Shown here piece by piece: positions 60,664 to 60,964 of a DNA stretch of 60,964 bases. Source of the stretch: Cladosporium halotolerans (lineage: Eukaryota). Below the pieces are notes generated by a model. That model was not told the DNA's origin and ran no database searches. It was given only the letters and a program-made list of their open reading frames with translations. Position numbers and translations under genes: made by a program. Within the stretch, counting starts at the first letter, position 1; the number at the start of each line of letters is the position of its first letter. The stretch lies in NCBI RefSeq assembly GCF_011745625.1, contig NW_027191472.1:372001-432964 (forward strand), given 5' to 3'.

Positions 60664-60964
60664 CAGGGTGTTCATCAGACAGACACAGACAGACTGTCTG
60701 TCTGTCTGATCACGTAATCAGACAAACAGACATTGGCAAAGTCATTATATAAGCAGACCAGACAATTACTTGTTGTCTGCAGACTGTCTGCAGACATTGT
60801 ATTTTTCTTGGAATTGAATGTGATCAATTCCAGATCTCGTCTCGTAACCCCAACCCTGACCCTATCAGCGCGCAGCCGAGACCTGTGCCCTTCTGGTGGG
60901 TTGTGACGCAATGCACGCGACGCGGCGGCACGCGACGCGGAGACACGCGAGTCCCGCAGCGTTG
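60664..60964. mobile_element. Probable terminus of a DNA transposon (hAT-like) with CAGAC subterminal repeats
   Basis: Starts CAGGGTGTTCATC exactly where the PTH11-like frame breaks. More than ten CAGAC/GTCTG copies follow in both orientations. The other end is not seen. Confidence 0.5.

Overview
Gene-dense, roughly 55-60% GC genomic DNA from a filamentous ascomycete. Short GT-AG introns carry CTRAC/CTAAT branch points, and the gene content is most consistent with a Dothideomycete (inference). About 27 protein-coding genes can be supported: a partial MOT1 molybdate transporter, BTB-like and F-box-like proteins, TFB5, a GFA protein, a ZNFX1/Hrr1-type RNAi helicase, SPT8, class II chitin synthase, VPS36, a THP3/SAC3-GANP protein, BEM1, an alpha/beta hydrolase, a HET-S-like HeLo+amyloid protein, DUF218/YdcF, an acetolactate-decarboxylase homolog, mitochondrial SerRS, SPB4, TPT and OPT transporters, GPI8, IFRD, Cyp40, a carboxylesterase, an amino-acid permease and a 5'-interrupted PTH11-like receptor. 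Four observations stand out. (1) A ~1.6 kb intergenic array at ~20.6-22.2 kb built from 21-bp monomers in 63-bp higher-order units and punctuated by four copies of a hairpin module. (2) A HET-S-like cell-death executor with a two-repeat amyloid C-terminus and no adjacent NLR. (3) An acetolactate decarboxylase homolog lacking its Zn-binding histidines. (4) A probable hAT-like transposon end cutting into the PTH11-like gene at the right edge. Gene models and splice sites were read by eye, and no searches were run.
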